Positions 38,820-51,632 of a stretch of 64,000 nucleotides of DNA are shown here, one piece after another. The position numbers were made by a program, and so were the translations under genes. Positions within the stretch are counted from its first letter, which is position 1. Each line of letters starts with the position of its first letter. The stretch spans positions 130,820,001 to 130,884,000 of the forward strand of contig NC_042998.1 of assembly GCF_006345805.1 (NCBI RefSeq), read 5' to 3'. This DNA is from Octopus sinensis. Lineage: Eukaryota. Under the pieces are notes generated by a model. The model was not told the origin of the DNA. It ran no database searches and saw nothing but the letters and a program-made list of their open reading frames with translations.

Positions 38820-39387
38820 TGTATGTATGTATGTATGTATGTATGTATGTATGTATGTATGTATGTATGAACGTATGTATATATAATATAAGCACAACAT
38901 TTGTTTCGCACCGATATCCACAAGGAACTGGATTTAAAGAGTACACCTAGCAGATCAACGCACTGGTGCCGATCTTTCTTCATTTCTTCAACCCCAGCGC
39001 GTTCTCTTTCAATTGTTGCTACATCAAAAGGCTAAATTTCAAGAGAAATATTTTTCTTTTGTTATTTTTCAGGCTTCATTTCTAAGGAAACTGTACTATT
39101 TGTCTTGTGTGCTGAAAGAGATAAATGGTGCTCGCGCTCCGTCCAATATAACATGAAAGGGAAAAAGCAAACAGCACATAAGTATCAAAGAAGAGAATGA
39201 TAAATATAAAACAAACCAAAAATAGCATGAAAATTGAGAAAATAATAAAAAAAAAAACAAAACAAATAAAAAATTTCATTGCATAAAACAATAGAATGCT
39301 GATATATGTTATAAAATATCATATAGTCGTATACATGCACACACACACACATGTATAATATTTATATATACCCAAATATAACAGTCA

Positions 39388-39438
<51 letters not shown>

Positions 39439-39573
39439 GAGAGAGAGAGAGAGAGAGATAGATAGATATGTATGTATATATTTATATATATAGAGAGAGA
39501 TATAGATAGATATGTATGTATATATTTATATATATATATAGATAGATAGATAGATAGATATGTATGTATATAT

Positions 39574-39624
<51 letters not shown>

Positions 39625-39859
39625 ATATACATGCATAGATAGATATAAATATAGATATACACATACATATATTCATATATATAATTATATATACATATAC
39701 CTACATATAGATACACACACACATATGCATGCATACGGAAATGAATATAATATGGTATATATAATATATATATATATATATTTGTATGTATGCATATATA
39801 TGTATGTATATATATATTTAACATGTAAGCGTCTATGTAATATTTTATCACACACACTA

Positions 39860-39908
<49 letters not shown>

Positions 39909-40204
39909 GATATATATATATATATATATATATATGGTGTGATAAAATGATAGTGCTCTTTGAAGTGTAGGGCACTCTGGTATCTGTCCTGTTTGACTAT
40001 GATATATTTTCTTTTTCTTTCCAGTTCCTTTGTTCGATTTTTAGTCAACGATGAGGAAGTAACTATCAAGTGCTGTATAAATCTGCCGTCAAGTATTACA
40101 TAGAACCTAAATTCTCTCTCCCACTCTCTCTCTTCCATATATTTATATGTGCGTATATACATATGTGCGTGTGTACATATAGACAAACAGATAGACAGAT
40201 ATGC

Positions 40205-40247
<43 letters not shown>

Positions 40248-40352
40248 ATTATATATATATATATATACATATATTACTCTACCCCTGGTATTTGAGTACT
40301 ATTTTTTCCACCTTGTTTCACATGTATGTGTTTACTCCGGTATATATATATA

Positions 40353-40515
<163 letters not shown>

Positions 40516-41632
40516 CAGATAGATATAGTGAGGGACGGATAGGTAAGAAGAGGGAATGAAGTGATGGAGGGAAAGAAAAAAGAGTGAGCGAGATGAAATT
40601 GTGGGTTAGATAAGATTAACCGTGCAAACAGTAAAGAAAAAAAAAGAAAGTAATTCCAACGTGAAATTGAAATTCTAATATACATGTAATCTAAGTGACA
40701 ATGTAAAGATGAGCCGATATTGTTTCTAAAGTCAGCAGGTGGCCTCAAAGAGGGTATTTTCAGATTTCTTAGACTCAGCAAAACTTATTCATCTCATTTG
40801 ATACGATGCCCATATATATAAATATATATATAAACACACATATATATATATGTGTGTGTGTTTGTGTGTGTGTGTGTGTGCGTGTGTGTGTGTGTGTTTA
40901 TATATATGCATAAAGACAAACACACACAAAAACATGTATATACACATGAGCAGACACATAAACACACACACGCATATATATATATGTATTTACGTATACA
41001 TATATTATGTAACACACGTATATACGTATAGATACGTATATAAATATTATGTACACACACGCACGCGCGTGTGCATGTGTGTGTACATGTATGTATTATA
41101 GGGCAATTTATGATGCTGATTGTCAACAATGTTTCTGAGAGAAAATGACGCGGGCGAGATTTTTGCAAGTGAAATGCATATTACGTCAATATATTCTAAT
41201 CTATTAACATAATAGATAATAATCATCATCGCACTTTCAAGATAAAATGCCTATGTCCACAAATTTTTTAATATTTAAAAGCGAATTTCAAAGTACTTCA
41301 ACAAGGTCACCGAACTGTATTTCTTTCTGTGCAGTCAAATAAAAACAATTCCCTCAGGAATTGAACTTGATATTTAAAATCAACTAGTTAAGGTAATGGA
41401 CATGTTTCGAGCCTTTTAGATCTCATAAGTTCATCACATTTCTGCTATAGCTTTTAATATATTAGCTACAGAAATCTGCTTTCGCCAGTTGCTATATTAC
41501 CTCCTATAGAATTCTCTTGTCGCTTTGGCTGTTGATTCAAGACTCCCTCATGCACACACACACATGCACATGCATGCAAACACATATATATATTTATCTA
41601 TCTGTCTATCTAACTGCATATGTATGTATATC

Positions 41633-41664
<32 letters not shown>

Positions 41665-41719
41665 GAGAGAGAGAGAGAGAGAGAGAGGACAGACAGACAG
41701 ACAGACAGAGAATTCACAA

Positions 41720-41900
41720 ACAAGAAAACAAAAGACGAAGACAGGTGGTGTAGAACAACAAACAGATGTATTAGTGTAATGCCCGGTAAGTGAAAAATCT
41801 TTAACGTTTCGAGCCTACGCTCTTTCAAGGGAAGGAACGCACAAAGAAACAAGGAGAGAAAATAAAGAATGTATAGTGGCTAGCGATCTATCATGGATTA
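41720..41900 (-). mobile_element. Penelope-like pseudo-LTR fragment with a degenerate minimal hammerhead at 41799-41829
   Basis: Minus strand reads ...GAAA-GAGC gtag GCTC-GAAACGT-T-AAAG. Related to 5545-6035 and 58325-58445. Confidence 0.55.
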
Positions 41901-42431
41901 GAGAACAACCAGGGTAGGTAGAAATGACAATAGGAAAAAGCAGGAAGTACAAAAAAGTTTACATATATACATATTTATTATAATATATACGTGTGTATAA
42001 AATTATACACAAAGGGAAGGAACACTAAGTGGTCTTCCTACATGCTAAAAAGTGATATCAAATCTCCGAATCACAGAAAAAACATTCTTATTTATGCACG
42101 TTGAATTAAAGAGATCAGTTATTTCCATACTCCGAAGTTTCACCATTAATGATTAAATAAATAAGTAAATAAATAAATAAATGAATAAATGCATCAATCA
42201 TCTGTGGATCTTGGGGACATATATTTGTAAAACTCTAATACATACTGTATCAAAAGGGAGACACGTGCACATCGAGTGTTATCGTAATAAATTGTGAATT
42301 CAATTCAAATGTCTTCAAGCAAAGTTCCAAGCCAGAATAAAGCATCAGTGAATAGAATTTCAGAGGTGAATTATCTGACCTAATAATTAAACCATCTAAA
42401 TATAAATATACAGGGTAAAAGTTATTTAAAA

Positions 42432-42704
42432 TAATAATTTATACCAGTGGCCAGCATGTGTAAAAAATGTCTGTATAAGTTATACGCGTGTATGAAATTA
42501 TTATCCTGCCTGCCTACATTCAACGTGCATAAATAAGAATGTTTTTCGTGAGTTGGAGATTTGACATCGCTTTTCAACATGTAGGAAGACCACTTAAATT
42601 TTCTTCCCCTCATGTATAATTTTATACAGACGTATATATATATTACAAAGATACTTATAGTCCACGGATATATTTTTACACATGCTGGCGACTGGTATAA
42701 ATTA
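42432..42704. mobile_element. Probable MITE with about 38-bp terminal inverted repeats; partial inverted copy of its interior at about 41980-42107
   Basis: aataatttataccagtggccagcatgtgtaaaaa versus tttttacacatgctggcgactggtataaattatt. Confidence 0.55.
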
Positions 42705-43249
42705 TTATGTTCAATAATTTTTAACCTTTACCTTTATATTTACATACACAAAAAATCACACACATATATATATAGAGAGAGAGAGAGAAAGGAAGAGAGA
42801 GAAAGGGAGAGAGAGAGAAAGAGAGTTTCCCGCGTGTACAGTTAGATATATGACTTTTACTGATGAATTTAGAGCTCCGCGTACAATATATTCCTCCAGT
42901 CTGCCTAGTGGTGTGGTTACTACTGTAACAAACATTATTACTGGCTACGGTATACAGAGCGGATGTACAAAAAAAGATATGATAAACACGAGACGAACTT
43001 TATACAATTTATTCCCTACACACGTTTCTCCATTATTGTCATTTGCATTCTTTGCAAACTGTTATACCATAAGAAAGTTTTGCACTGAAAAGCTGTTGTG
43101 TGTCAACGTTCAATTGTGCAATGGAAACACATTGCAGGGGTTGTAACGTCAAGACGTACTTAGAGTATAAGTGGTTCAAATTTATCTTGTATTTATCATA
43201 CATTTATATATATATATATATATCTATATATATATATATATATATATAT

Positions 43250-44254
43250 TCTTATATAAAAGGCAGATTTTATCTGCCTCCCTTTGTCACTTATAGAAAT
43301 CTACAATATAGGATTTCTTCAATTACAATTTACCTAGCATTTTTAAGAGTAGAATGCATCGGGTCATGCCAGGTCCAGTTTTAAAATTTAAACTCCAATT
43401 AAGCAAAATTTACAGAAAACTCACATTCTGGTGTGTATGTCAAATGCTTTTCTTAGTCTGGTTAACAGCACACGCAAACGCACACACACAGTGTGCAACG
43501 AATAAAGTGAAACTAATTCACTGTGTGTGTGTTGACAGGTAGACAATAGAATGCGATGGCGATGGCGATGGCGATGTAATATTTGTTTCTGTCTATCACG
43601 CTGATAGATACATGAGTAAAATGTATGGCAAGCTAAGAGATAAGAGTGAGTGAAAATGTTCTTGGAAGAGAGTAAATAGCGACAGAGTGATTTGAGGAAG
43701 ACTAAACTGAAAGTATGAAACAGTTCCGAAATTTGTTCCTATTGTGTTTTCAAAATTTGTAATTCTAACAAAAAATGGATACGAATTTCATTATATCAAG
43801 CAGCGAGTCAGAATTCGAAGGATTTTCTACTGAAGACCTTCATAAATCTAACTCTATGCTGAAAAAAAAAGCATCTTTATATAAGAGTGAAGTTGTGTGT
43901 CTGTCTCCTACGATTTAGATTCGTAACTACTCCCACATTTTGCGGTGCAGTTTAACCAAAAGCGGGTATCTTATAGTAGTGATTCATATCGAGCCCTTCT
44001 GGGTATTAGCGCGCGTCTACGATGAGTCTACGATTTAAAAAAATTTACCATCATATTTTTCCATTTTAATGCATTTTTCGCTTTTATATAAGGGAAGTAA
44101 CTCTCTAAAAACATCTACGAAGTGTCATCGATTTAAAAAAAAAATTACCTTATTTTTTTTTCAATTTTTAATGCATTTTTTGGCTATAACTCTCTAAAAA
44201 TGCTTATATATTTATTTCCCTTACAACCCGAGCAACGCCGGGCGATACTGCTAG
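43250..44254 (+). mobile_element. Non-autonomous Helitron
   Basis: 5' TC, 3' hairpin cccgagcaacgccggg, then CTAG followed by T. Inserted in (TA)n. Homologous to 44649-46104. Confidence 0.8.
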
Positions 44255-44541
44255 TATATATATATAATATATATATATAAAACCAAGGATGTGAAGATTT
44301 TAGAACGTTTATAAATAGATCTTACAGCTGTTTGCAGGATTTTTTTATATACCTTCATCTGGGACAGTTTGAGAAAATGGTTAAGTAATAGTTAATTTAG
44401 ATAAGATACGAAATAGAGAGTGAAGTGGAGGAATGCAAATAGATGTGAGATATGCAGGGATATTGCATTTGAAGACATCTTTGGGTCTTATTGACACCAT
44501 TACATCTCATAACCCCCCTCTCTCTCTCTCTCTCTCTCTCT

Positions 44542-44598
<57 letters not shown>

Positions 44599-44613
44599 CA
44601 TATATATATGCAT

Positions 44614-44648
<35 letters not shown>

Positions 44649-44649
<1 letters not shown>

Positions 44650-46104
44650 CTTATTATAAAAGGCAGGTTTTATCTGCCTCCCTTTGTATCTTGTAGAAAT
44701 CTACAATATAGGATTTCTTCAATTACAATTTACCTAGCATTTTTAAGAGTAGAATGCATCGGGTCGTGCCAGGTCCACTTTTTAAAATTTCAACCCCAAT
44801 TAAGCAAAACTTAGAGAAAACTCACATTGTGGTGTATGAGTCAAATGCTTCTCTTAGTGTGGGATACAGCACACGCAAACGCACACACACAGTGTGCAAC
44901 GAATAAAGTGAAAGTAATTCACTTTCTGTAGTGAGTGACTCTTTCACTCTACATTCCCACTTCCTCTTTACACACATAGACACGCAAATATATAAATAAA
45001 ATTGTAAGCTAACGTGTGTGTGAGTGTGTGTGTGTGTGTGCGTGTGTGTGTGTGAGGATGCGTGTGTGTGTGTGTGTGTGCGTGTGCGTGAGTGTGTGAC
45101 AGGAAAGTTTTTTACGACGAATATAAGACCTATATCCAAGTAGCAGAAAGATCGCCCAAAAGTGTATATAGATATTTAAATGTATTTATATATTCATCTA
45201 TACACACATGTATGTATAATGTGCGTGTATATATTTCCATAGAGGTAACCATTCAATCCATACAAAGTTTTTTAGGACGAAAATATTTATATATAAAAGA
45301 AAGGTTGTGTGTCTGTCTACTCCGATTTAGATTCCTAACTACTCCCACATTTTGCAATGCAGTTTAACCAAAACCGGGTATCTTATAGTCGTGATTCATA
45401 TCGAGCCCTTCTGGGTATTAGCGCGCGTCTACGATGAGTCTATGATTTTACAAATAATTTACCATCATTTTTTTCCATTTTAATGCATTTTTTTTAATAA
45501 AGGGAAGTAACTCTCAAACTTCACACCAATATGCGTGCTCATATGCGACGTAATATCACATCAGCAGCATTTCTTCACACCCGCCTTGCACTTGGCGAAG
45601 GCAAAATACCAGGGGATGAAAATGGTAATATTGCCATCGATTCCATTTGTACCATTGTTAAGACGCCTTCTGATCTCAGAGATGCAGTGTTCCCAGATCT
45701 ACAAGCTAATTATCAGAATATGGATTGGATTGGCAAAAAGGCTATACTGGCCCCGAGGAATAAAACTGTTCACCATATTAATGGGGAAGTCTATGTATAT
45801 CAGTCTATCGATACAACTCCTGACCCGGAGGACGTCATCAACTATCCAATAGAGGTACTCAATTCCTTTGAGCACCCCGGACTACCACCACACTTTCTCA
45901 AACTTAAAGTTGGTGCCCCTATAATGCTCATCAGAAATTTGGTTCCCCCAAAACAATGCAATGGCACACGTTTTATCGTTAAGTCCTTATCTCCCACCGT
46001 AAACTTATATCAATATTTACCTGAATAATCATCATAATTCAGTGCAATCATTAACAGTACTTTCAAGCAATTCAGCCCCGAGCAACGCCGGGCAATTCTG
46101 CTAG
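44649..46104 (+). mobile_element. Helitron with internal helicase fragment
   Basis: A|TC 5' end, 3' hairpin ccccgagcaacgccggg, CTAG|T 3' end, and a PIF1-type coding fragment. Confidence 0.85.
45531..46028 (+). pseudogene. Helitron PIF1-family helicase fragment
   Basis: KAILAPRNKTVHHIN...LNSFEHPGLPPHFLKLKVGAPIMLIRNLVPPKQCNGTR contains the typical PIF1/Helitron motifs. Confidence 0.9.
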
Positions 46105-46109
46105 TACAT

Positions 46110-46366
46110 ATATATAAATTCAGCAAAAATTTAGATTCAAATGAATATGGTACTTAATTTAGATCCACCAGAATCTTGTATGGTGTTATCCATAAAAATC
46201 CGTGGGGTGATTATAATCAGAATAAGCAACAAGAATGACTCCTCTATAATTGGCTGATGAGTACTCAGCATCTTAAATCTGTTGTAATACTTACAACATT
46301 TAATAAAATGATGTAGTACGAAACGATCGTACCAAATTACCGGAGTCATTCTTGTTGCTTATTCTG

Positions 46367-46372
<6 letters not shown>
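46110..46372. mobile_element. Miniature Penelope-like element: about 100-bp tail, 31-bp perfect inverted repeats, hammerhead inside
   Basis: Inverted repeat at 46212-46242 and 46342-46372. Leader gaatatggtac.taa.ttagat.cacca...gtggggtgat is shared with 33590-33702. Confidence 0.75.
46246..46339 (+). ncRNA. Type I hammerhead ribozyme motif with extended helix II; predicted cleavage after GUA at 46331
   Basis: ATAATTGG-CTGATGA-GTACT...AGTAC-GAA-ACGATCGT-A-CCAAATTA. All core nucleotides are canonical and helix III is a perfect 8-nt palindrome. Confidence 0.85.
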
Positions 46373-46423
<51 letters not shown>

Positions 46424-46881
46424 GCATATATGAGTACAGGACATCGCCAACGTTTAAAACAACATGAAATACCCAAAAAACCCGGTTAAATACATAAACA
46501 GCGAGAAAAAGTGGAGAACACGACAAGTAAACACAGAGAAAGGAAACTACATCAGTTGTCACCTATCTATCTACTCTTCATTTCGAGTATTCAAAGACAA
46601 TAACAGTTGCTCCCACAAATTCTAGAATTAAAATTAGGATTTATCCACTGTCAAATTTGAGAACAAAACATGACAGTGCAGACATACAAGGAAACCGAGC
46701 AAAACAAACATGTAGCATCATTAGAACATAACGAGCGAAAAATAGTGAATGCTGTGAGAAATATTTTTTGAAAAGAGAAAAGATAGAAGAGGGTGAAAAA
46801 TGTCCGCTCATTAAACGTCTGTGCAGAAAAAGAAAGATGAGCGGTTATTGGTTATGTATACATATATGATGATGACCTGTA

Positions 46882-46976
<95 letters not shown>

Positions 46977-46981
46977 GTATG

Positions 46982-47014
<33 letters not shown>

Positions 47015-47048
47015 ATATATATATATATGTATGTATATATATATATAT

Positions 47049-47082
<34 letters not shown>

Positions 47083-47295
47083 ATATATATATACATATAT
47101 ACATACATACATACATACATACATACATAATACATGATACATACATACAGAGAGAGGAAACAAGAATGAAGGGGGAACAAGAGAAAGTGAGAGTGTTTTT
47201 TTCAAATTGTTTTTTATGTTTGTTTTATTTTGTGTAGTGGAATATATATTCATTCATATTATTTTACACTGTTGCTTCTCTTTGAAGGATATCTG

Positions 47296-47355
<60 letters not shown>

Positions 47356-47639
47356 TCACATTTTAATAATAGATTGTCAAAATTCACATTCAAACTTCTT
47401 GATAAGAATTTGTCTGAAACTATTGGGAAATCATAGCCGTTTTGATGAATTTCCAGCATTGGCAAACTTAAAGGTTTCTTTTAAAAATAGATGTTCCTTG
47501 TATATTTATTTTAATTCACTTTAATTTTCTCTTACCAACTCTCTATAGGTTGGCCTATCCATTCATTCTTCGAGCTGACAGTCTATATACACATCTACCC
47601 AGGAATTTCTCTATGCGTATATATATTGCCTCACGTTTC

Positions 47640-47724
<85 letters not shown>

Positions 47725-47820
47725 ATATCCATCTATCAATCTATCAATCTATCTATCTATCTACGTATCTATCTATCTACGTATCTATTTATCTATCTAT
47801 CTGTCTGAGTGTCTGTCTAC

Positions 47821-47887
<67 letters not shown>

Positions 47888-48082
47888 ACTAACTATCTAT
47901 CTATATATCTATCTATCTATCTATGTATCTATCTATCTATCTATTCATCCATGCAGCTACCTACCTACACACACATACATAAATATATATATATTATTTA
48001 TTTAATTTTTTAATCTAGTTTCAGCTCACAAGCTGTGGCCATGCTGGGACACCGCCATTTGGTGTTGCTACATGATTTTAAT

Positions 48083-51000
48083 TCACGAATGCTTTTTAGC
48101 AATTGATATTTGGTGCATGAGAGAGTTCGGTGCGGCTGCCCTCATCTGCACCTCCTGCCGTGAAGTTGGTTCATCTGGGACACATGACAAGAAGAGATCC
48201 AGTTTTATTTTAAAGACATCTGCATCCACCCCATGCAGGTCTCTTAGGTTCTTCAGGAGGATATTGAAAAGCTGTGGGCCTCGGAATCCCAGGCTATCAC
48301 AGTATCTTGTCCTACATCTTGATGGCAAATTTGGAGTCCTTGGCACCACGCAGTGGCGCCTAGTTCTGGCATTTGTGTAACTCTCGATGCCAAAGTTTGG
48401 GACAAGTCCTTCTAGGATCTTCCAGATGTATATTATGGCATATCTTTCTCACCTACGCTCTAAGGAATAGAGTCCCAATCTCTTGAGTCTTTCCCAATAG
48501 CTTATATGCTGCACAGAGGCTATCTTCGTGTAGCTTCGTTGGATCGCCTCAAGTTCTGTGATTAACTTGACACTGGATGGTGACCATAGCTGAGAGCAAT
48601 AGTCAAAGTGGCTTAGGACAAGTGTCCTCCAGAGGACCATCATGGTTTCCTGGTCTCTTGTTCTAAAGGTTCTAAGAATCCATCCGGTCAGCCGCCTACA
48701 TTTCATTGCCAATTTAGCAACATGCACATGAAAGGTTGCATCATCACTCATGTAAATATCCAGGTCTCGCACTGATTGTGCCTCTGGGATTGCAATCCCT
48801 CCAGGTCCAGTGTATTTATTGGGTATTGCATTTAGTTTTGCATGCTGATAGCATAAATCTTGAAACTTTTCAGCATTGAACTGCATGCTATTCTTTTCAG
48901 CCCACTTGTATATTTTGTCCAGCTCACATTGCAGGTACTTAGTGTCTTCAGGGTTCTGTATTGCCTGTGAAACTTTTGTATCATCTGCATAACTTGTGAT
49001 CGTGGCTAACTGCGTGGCTGAGGGCATGTCTGAGAGGGCCATTATGAACAGTAGTGGTCCCAAAACAGTGCCTTGCGGAACACCGCTCACTATTTGCGTG
49101 TTAATGGAAGTGGCCCACATCCACCTGACTTCTATCCTTCAGAAAGTCATGAAGCCATTCTCCCAATTTTCCAACTATGCCAAGATCACTCTGTTTGTGA
49201 CATATCATTCCATGATCGACTTTATCAAAGGCCTTTCAAAGTCGAGATATATGACTTCCACATTTGAGTGGTTGAGCAGTCGTTTCAGCACCCAGTCAGT
49301 GTTGTAGGAGCTGAGTTAAGCAGCTTCTTCTTGGTCGGAAACCATGTTGGGTGTCAGGCAGCAAGTCTTCAAGGAAGGTGATTAGTTTCCTTCTGACTAT
49401 TCGTTCCATGACCTTGCTGATGTGTGAGGTCAGAGAGATAGGTCTGTAGTTCTTGGCCTCCGCTCTGCTACGTCCTTTATGAATAGGGCATATTTTACCT
49501 TCCTTCAGTTTTCTTGGAAGTTTGCCAGTTGCAAGGAAGCTCTGAAAGAGGAACTGCAGTGGTCTTGCTAGGACTCTCATACTTTTAGAAGGATTGCTGG
49601 GAATCCATCGGGGCCAGTAGCTGAGTTTGTTTTCATTTCATCAATAGCCTTTATTACATCGTCTTCCTTTATATTGATGTAATCAATCATCGCTGCTTCT
49701 GATTTTATATCTGCAGTGGTAAAGAAGTCAGTTGGATTGCTGACTTGAAAATGCCCTACGGGTGGAGTGAAAATACTCTTGAATTGCTCATTTAGTATTT
49801 CACTTACCCTCATTGGATTTCCTGTGAATGTGCCGTCCTTTTCAAGGAGTGGCCCTATCCCACAGTGCACCGTAGCTGTTTCTTTAGCATACATGTAGAA
49901 AGCTCTGTGGTTAGATTTTATGTTGTCTATAGCCCAGGTTTCTTTGTCTGCTCTTTCTTTTTCATGGGAGAGTTGCAGACATTTTTCAATTTCCAACAGT
50001 TTTATTTTCAGCCGGGACTTTTCAATTTGTTTGTTTAGGCGAAACTTTTGTACGCCGTCTCATTAGAGTTTTCCTCTCTCTGGGGATTTTGCTCTTGTGT
50101 ACAGTGGCCTTTCTCTCTGGGACACATTTGTAGCATATGGCTTGCAGTACAGACATGAATTGTTGAACTTTCATGTCGATGTCTGGCGAGGAGAGACATT
50201 CAGGCCAGTTTTGTTTGAGGATCTCTTTCTCAATTTGTTTCCAGTTTGCCTTATGGAAGTTCAAGCTGGAAAGATTCTGAGAATTTCTTGTAGGCTGCAT
50301 ATCTATGCTTTCCTTTGGCCCGTACATAGTCAGTTCTACCATGTTGTGATCCGAGAGTAGTGTCGGTGTCACTTTCACATTATGGATGAGATCCATATTA
50401 TTTGTGAAGCAGAGATTCAGTATGTTACCTGCCCTGGTTGGTTGGAGTATTACTTGCTCCATATACAGAGTGTTAATGAGGTTCAGGAGGGACCTCGCCT
50501 GTCCTCGTTCGCATCGTGTCATTCCTGGGAGAGAAAGGCCATCGAGCCATCTGACAATGGGTAGATTGAAGTCTCCCATAAGAAGTACACTTATGTGTTG
50601 TTCTAATGTGACTAGAACTTCTTCAATTTTTATAAGGCAGTCTTCAAACTTGCCTACATGGCTTGGGGCATCTGGAGGGCGATATGTAGCACATATAACT
50701 ACACCAGTTGCTTATATGTACAATAGTGTGTCACACACCGAATTTGAGTATGACAAAAGGACCTGGGGTGTGAGGTCCTCACGGATGTGTACATGGCAAC
50801 TCCTCCATGACTCTTTCTTTTCTGTCGGTCCGTAGTACAACATACTGTGGTATGTGTATTTCCGCATCTGCTATGTCCGGTTTCAGGTGTGTTCCGTAAG
50901 TGCTATGCATAAGCTTGATTGCATGCAACAAGTCTCTCGAGAAGGGATTTTTTGTCCTGTTACTGAGTGTTAGCAGTCCTCTGATATTCAGTGGGAGCAT
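48083..51000 (-). pseudogene. LINE ORF2 (apurinic endonuclease plus reverse transcriptase), broken into at least 6 pieces
   Basis: APE motifs: LNIRGL, GDFNLP, SDHN. RT motifs: GPDGFP, NYRPISLTS, QHGFR, SGVPQGTVLGPLLF, YADD. C-terminus: YWERLKRLGLYSLERR. Confidence 0.93.
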
Positions 51001-51632
51001 CGAGGTGATATGTATCCTGTTGCCGGCGGTGTCCACCTTGGGTCTATTTGCTGTGGCGGTCTTGTGTATTGTGGATAGTCCCATCTGCGAGTTTGAGTTT
51101 GATGGAGCCAGGTTAGCTGCTGTACAATCTTTTGTGCCATGCACAAAAACGATTCTTGTTCAGCAGCTGCCCTTTCAATAACATGGCGGTTTGTAGCGTG
51201 GTCCATTCCTTTTCCTTGTTGTAGTTGGTTTCTGACATGTTTAATGTTTATGTGGCAGGGTCTTTGATGTGCAAAACGGCAGCCTGCACCTTCCTCTCCA
51301 TGCCAGCAGACACCTTTCAGGTAGAATTTACACATTCGTGTGCGCTGTCTGTTTCTATCCTTTTTGGTACATGGATAGTCAGGTTTGCTTCTATCCTTGG
51401 CTGTTTCATCTTTTGGTTTTGATTGAATTTTAGTTTTTCCTTCTTTGGCTGTTTCGTCATTTGTTTTTCTTTTAGTTTTTTCTCCTTTTATTTCTTTTTT
51501 GGCTCTTTCATCTCCATGGTTTTGGATTTTGTTGCTGGTAGGAGCACTTGCACTTGGGTTTACTTCCCGGGCAGGTTTCTCACTTGAATCTTCTTTGTTG
51601 TTGTCCTGGGTGTCTACCAAGTGGGGTGACAT
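50988..51632 (-). CDS. LINE ORF1: Lys/Glu-rich linker plus CCCH-type zinc finger; probably extends to about 51850 across a frameshift
   Basis: 214-aa ORF directly upstream of ORF2, containing CKFYLKGVCWHGEEGAGCRFAH. Confidence 0.7.
   Translation of the reverse strand: MSPHLVDTQDNNKEDSSEKPAREVNPSASAPTSNKIQNHGDERAKKEIKGEKTKRKTNDETAKEGKTKIQSKPKDETAKDRSKPDYPCTKKDRNRQRTRMCKFYLKGVCWHGEEGAGCRFAHQRPCHINIKHVRNQLQQGKGMDHATNRHVIERAAAEQESFLCMAQKIVQQLTWLHQTQTRRWDYPQYTRPPQQIDPRWTPPATGYISPRCSH

Noticed and set aside
38949-39020. Possible 72-nt minus-strand exon (TIERERAGVEEMKKDRHQCVDLL)
   Set aside because: Weak donor (GTGTAC) and no supporting neighbouring exons.
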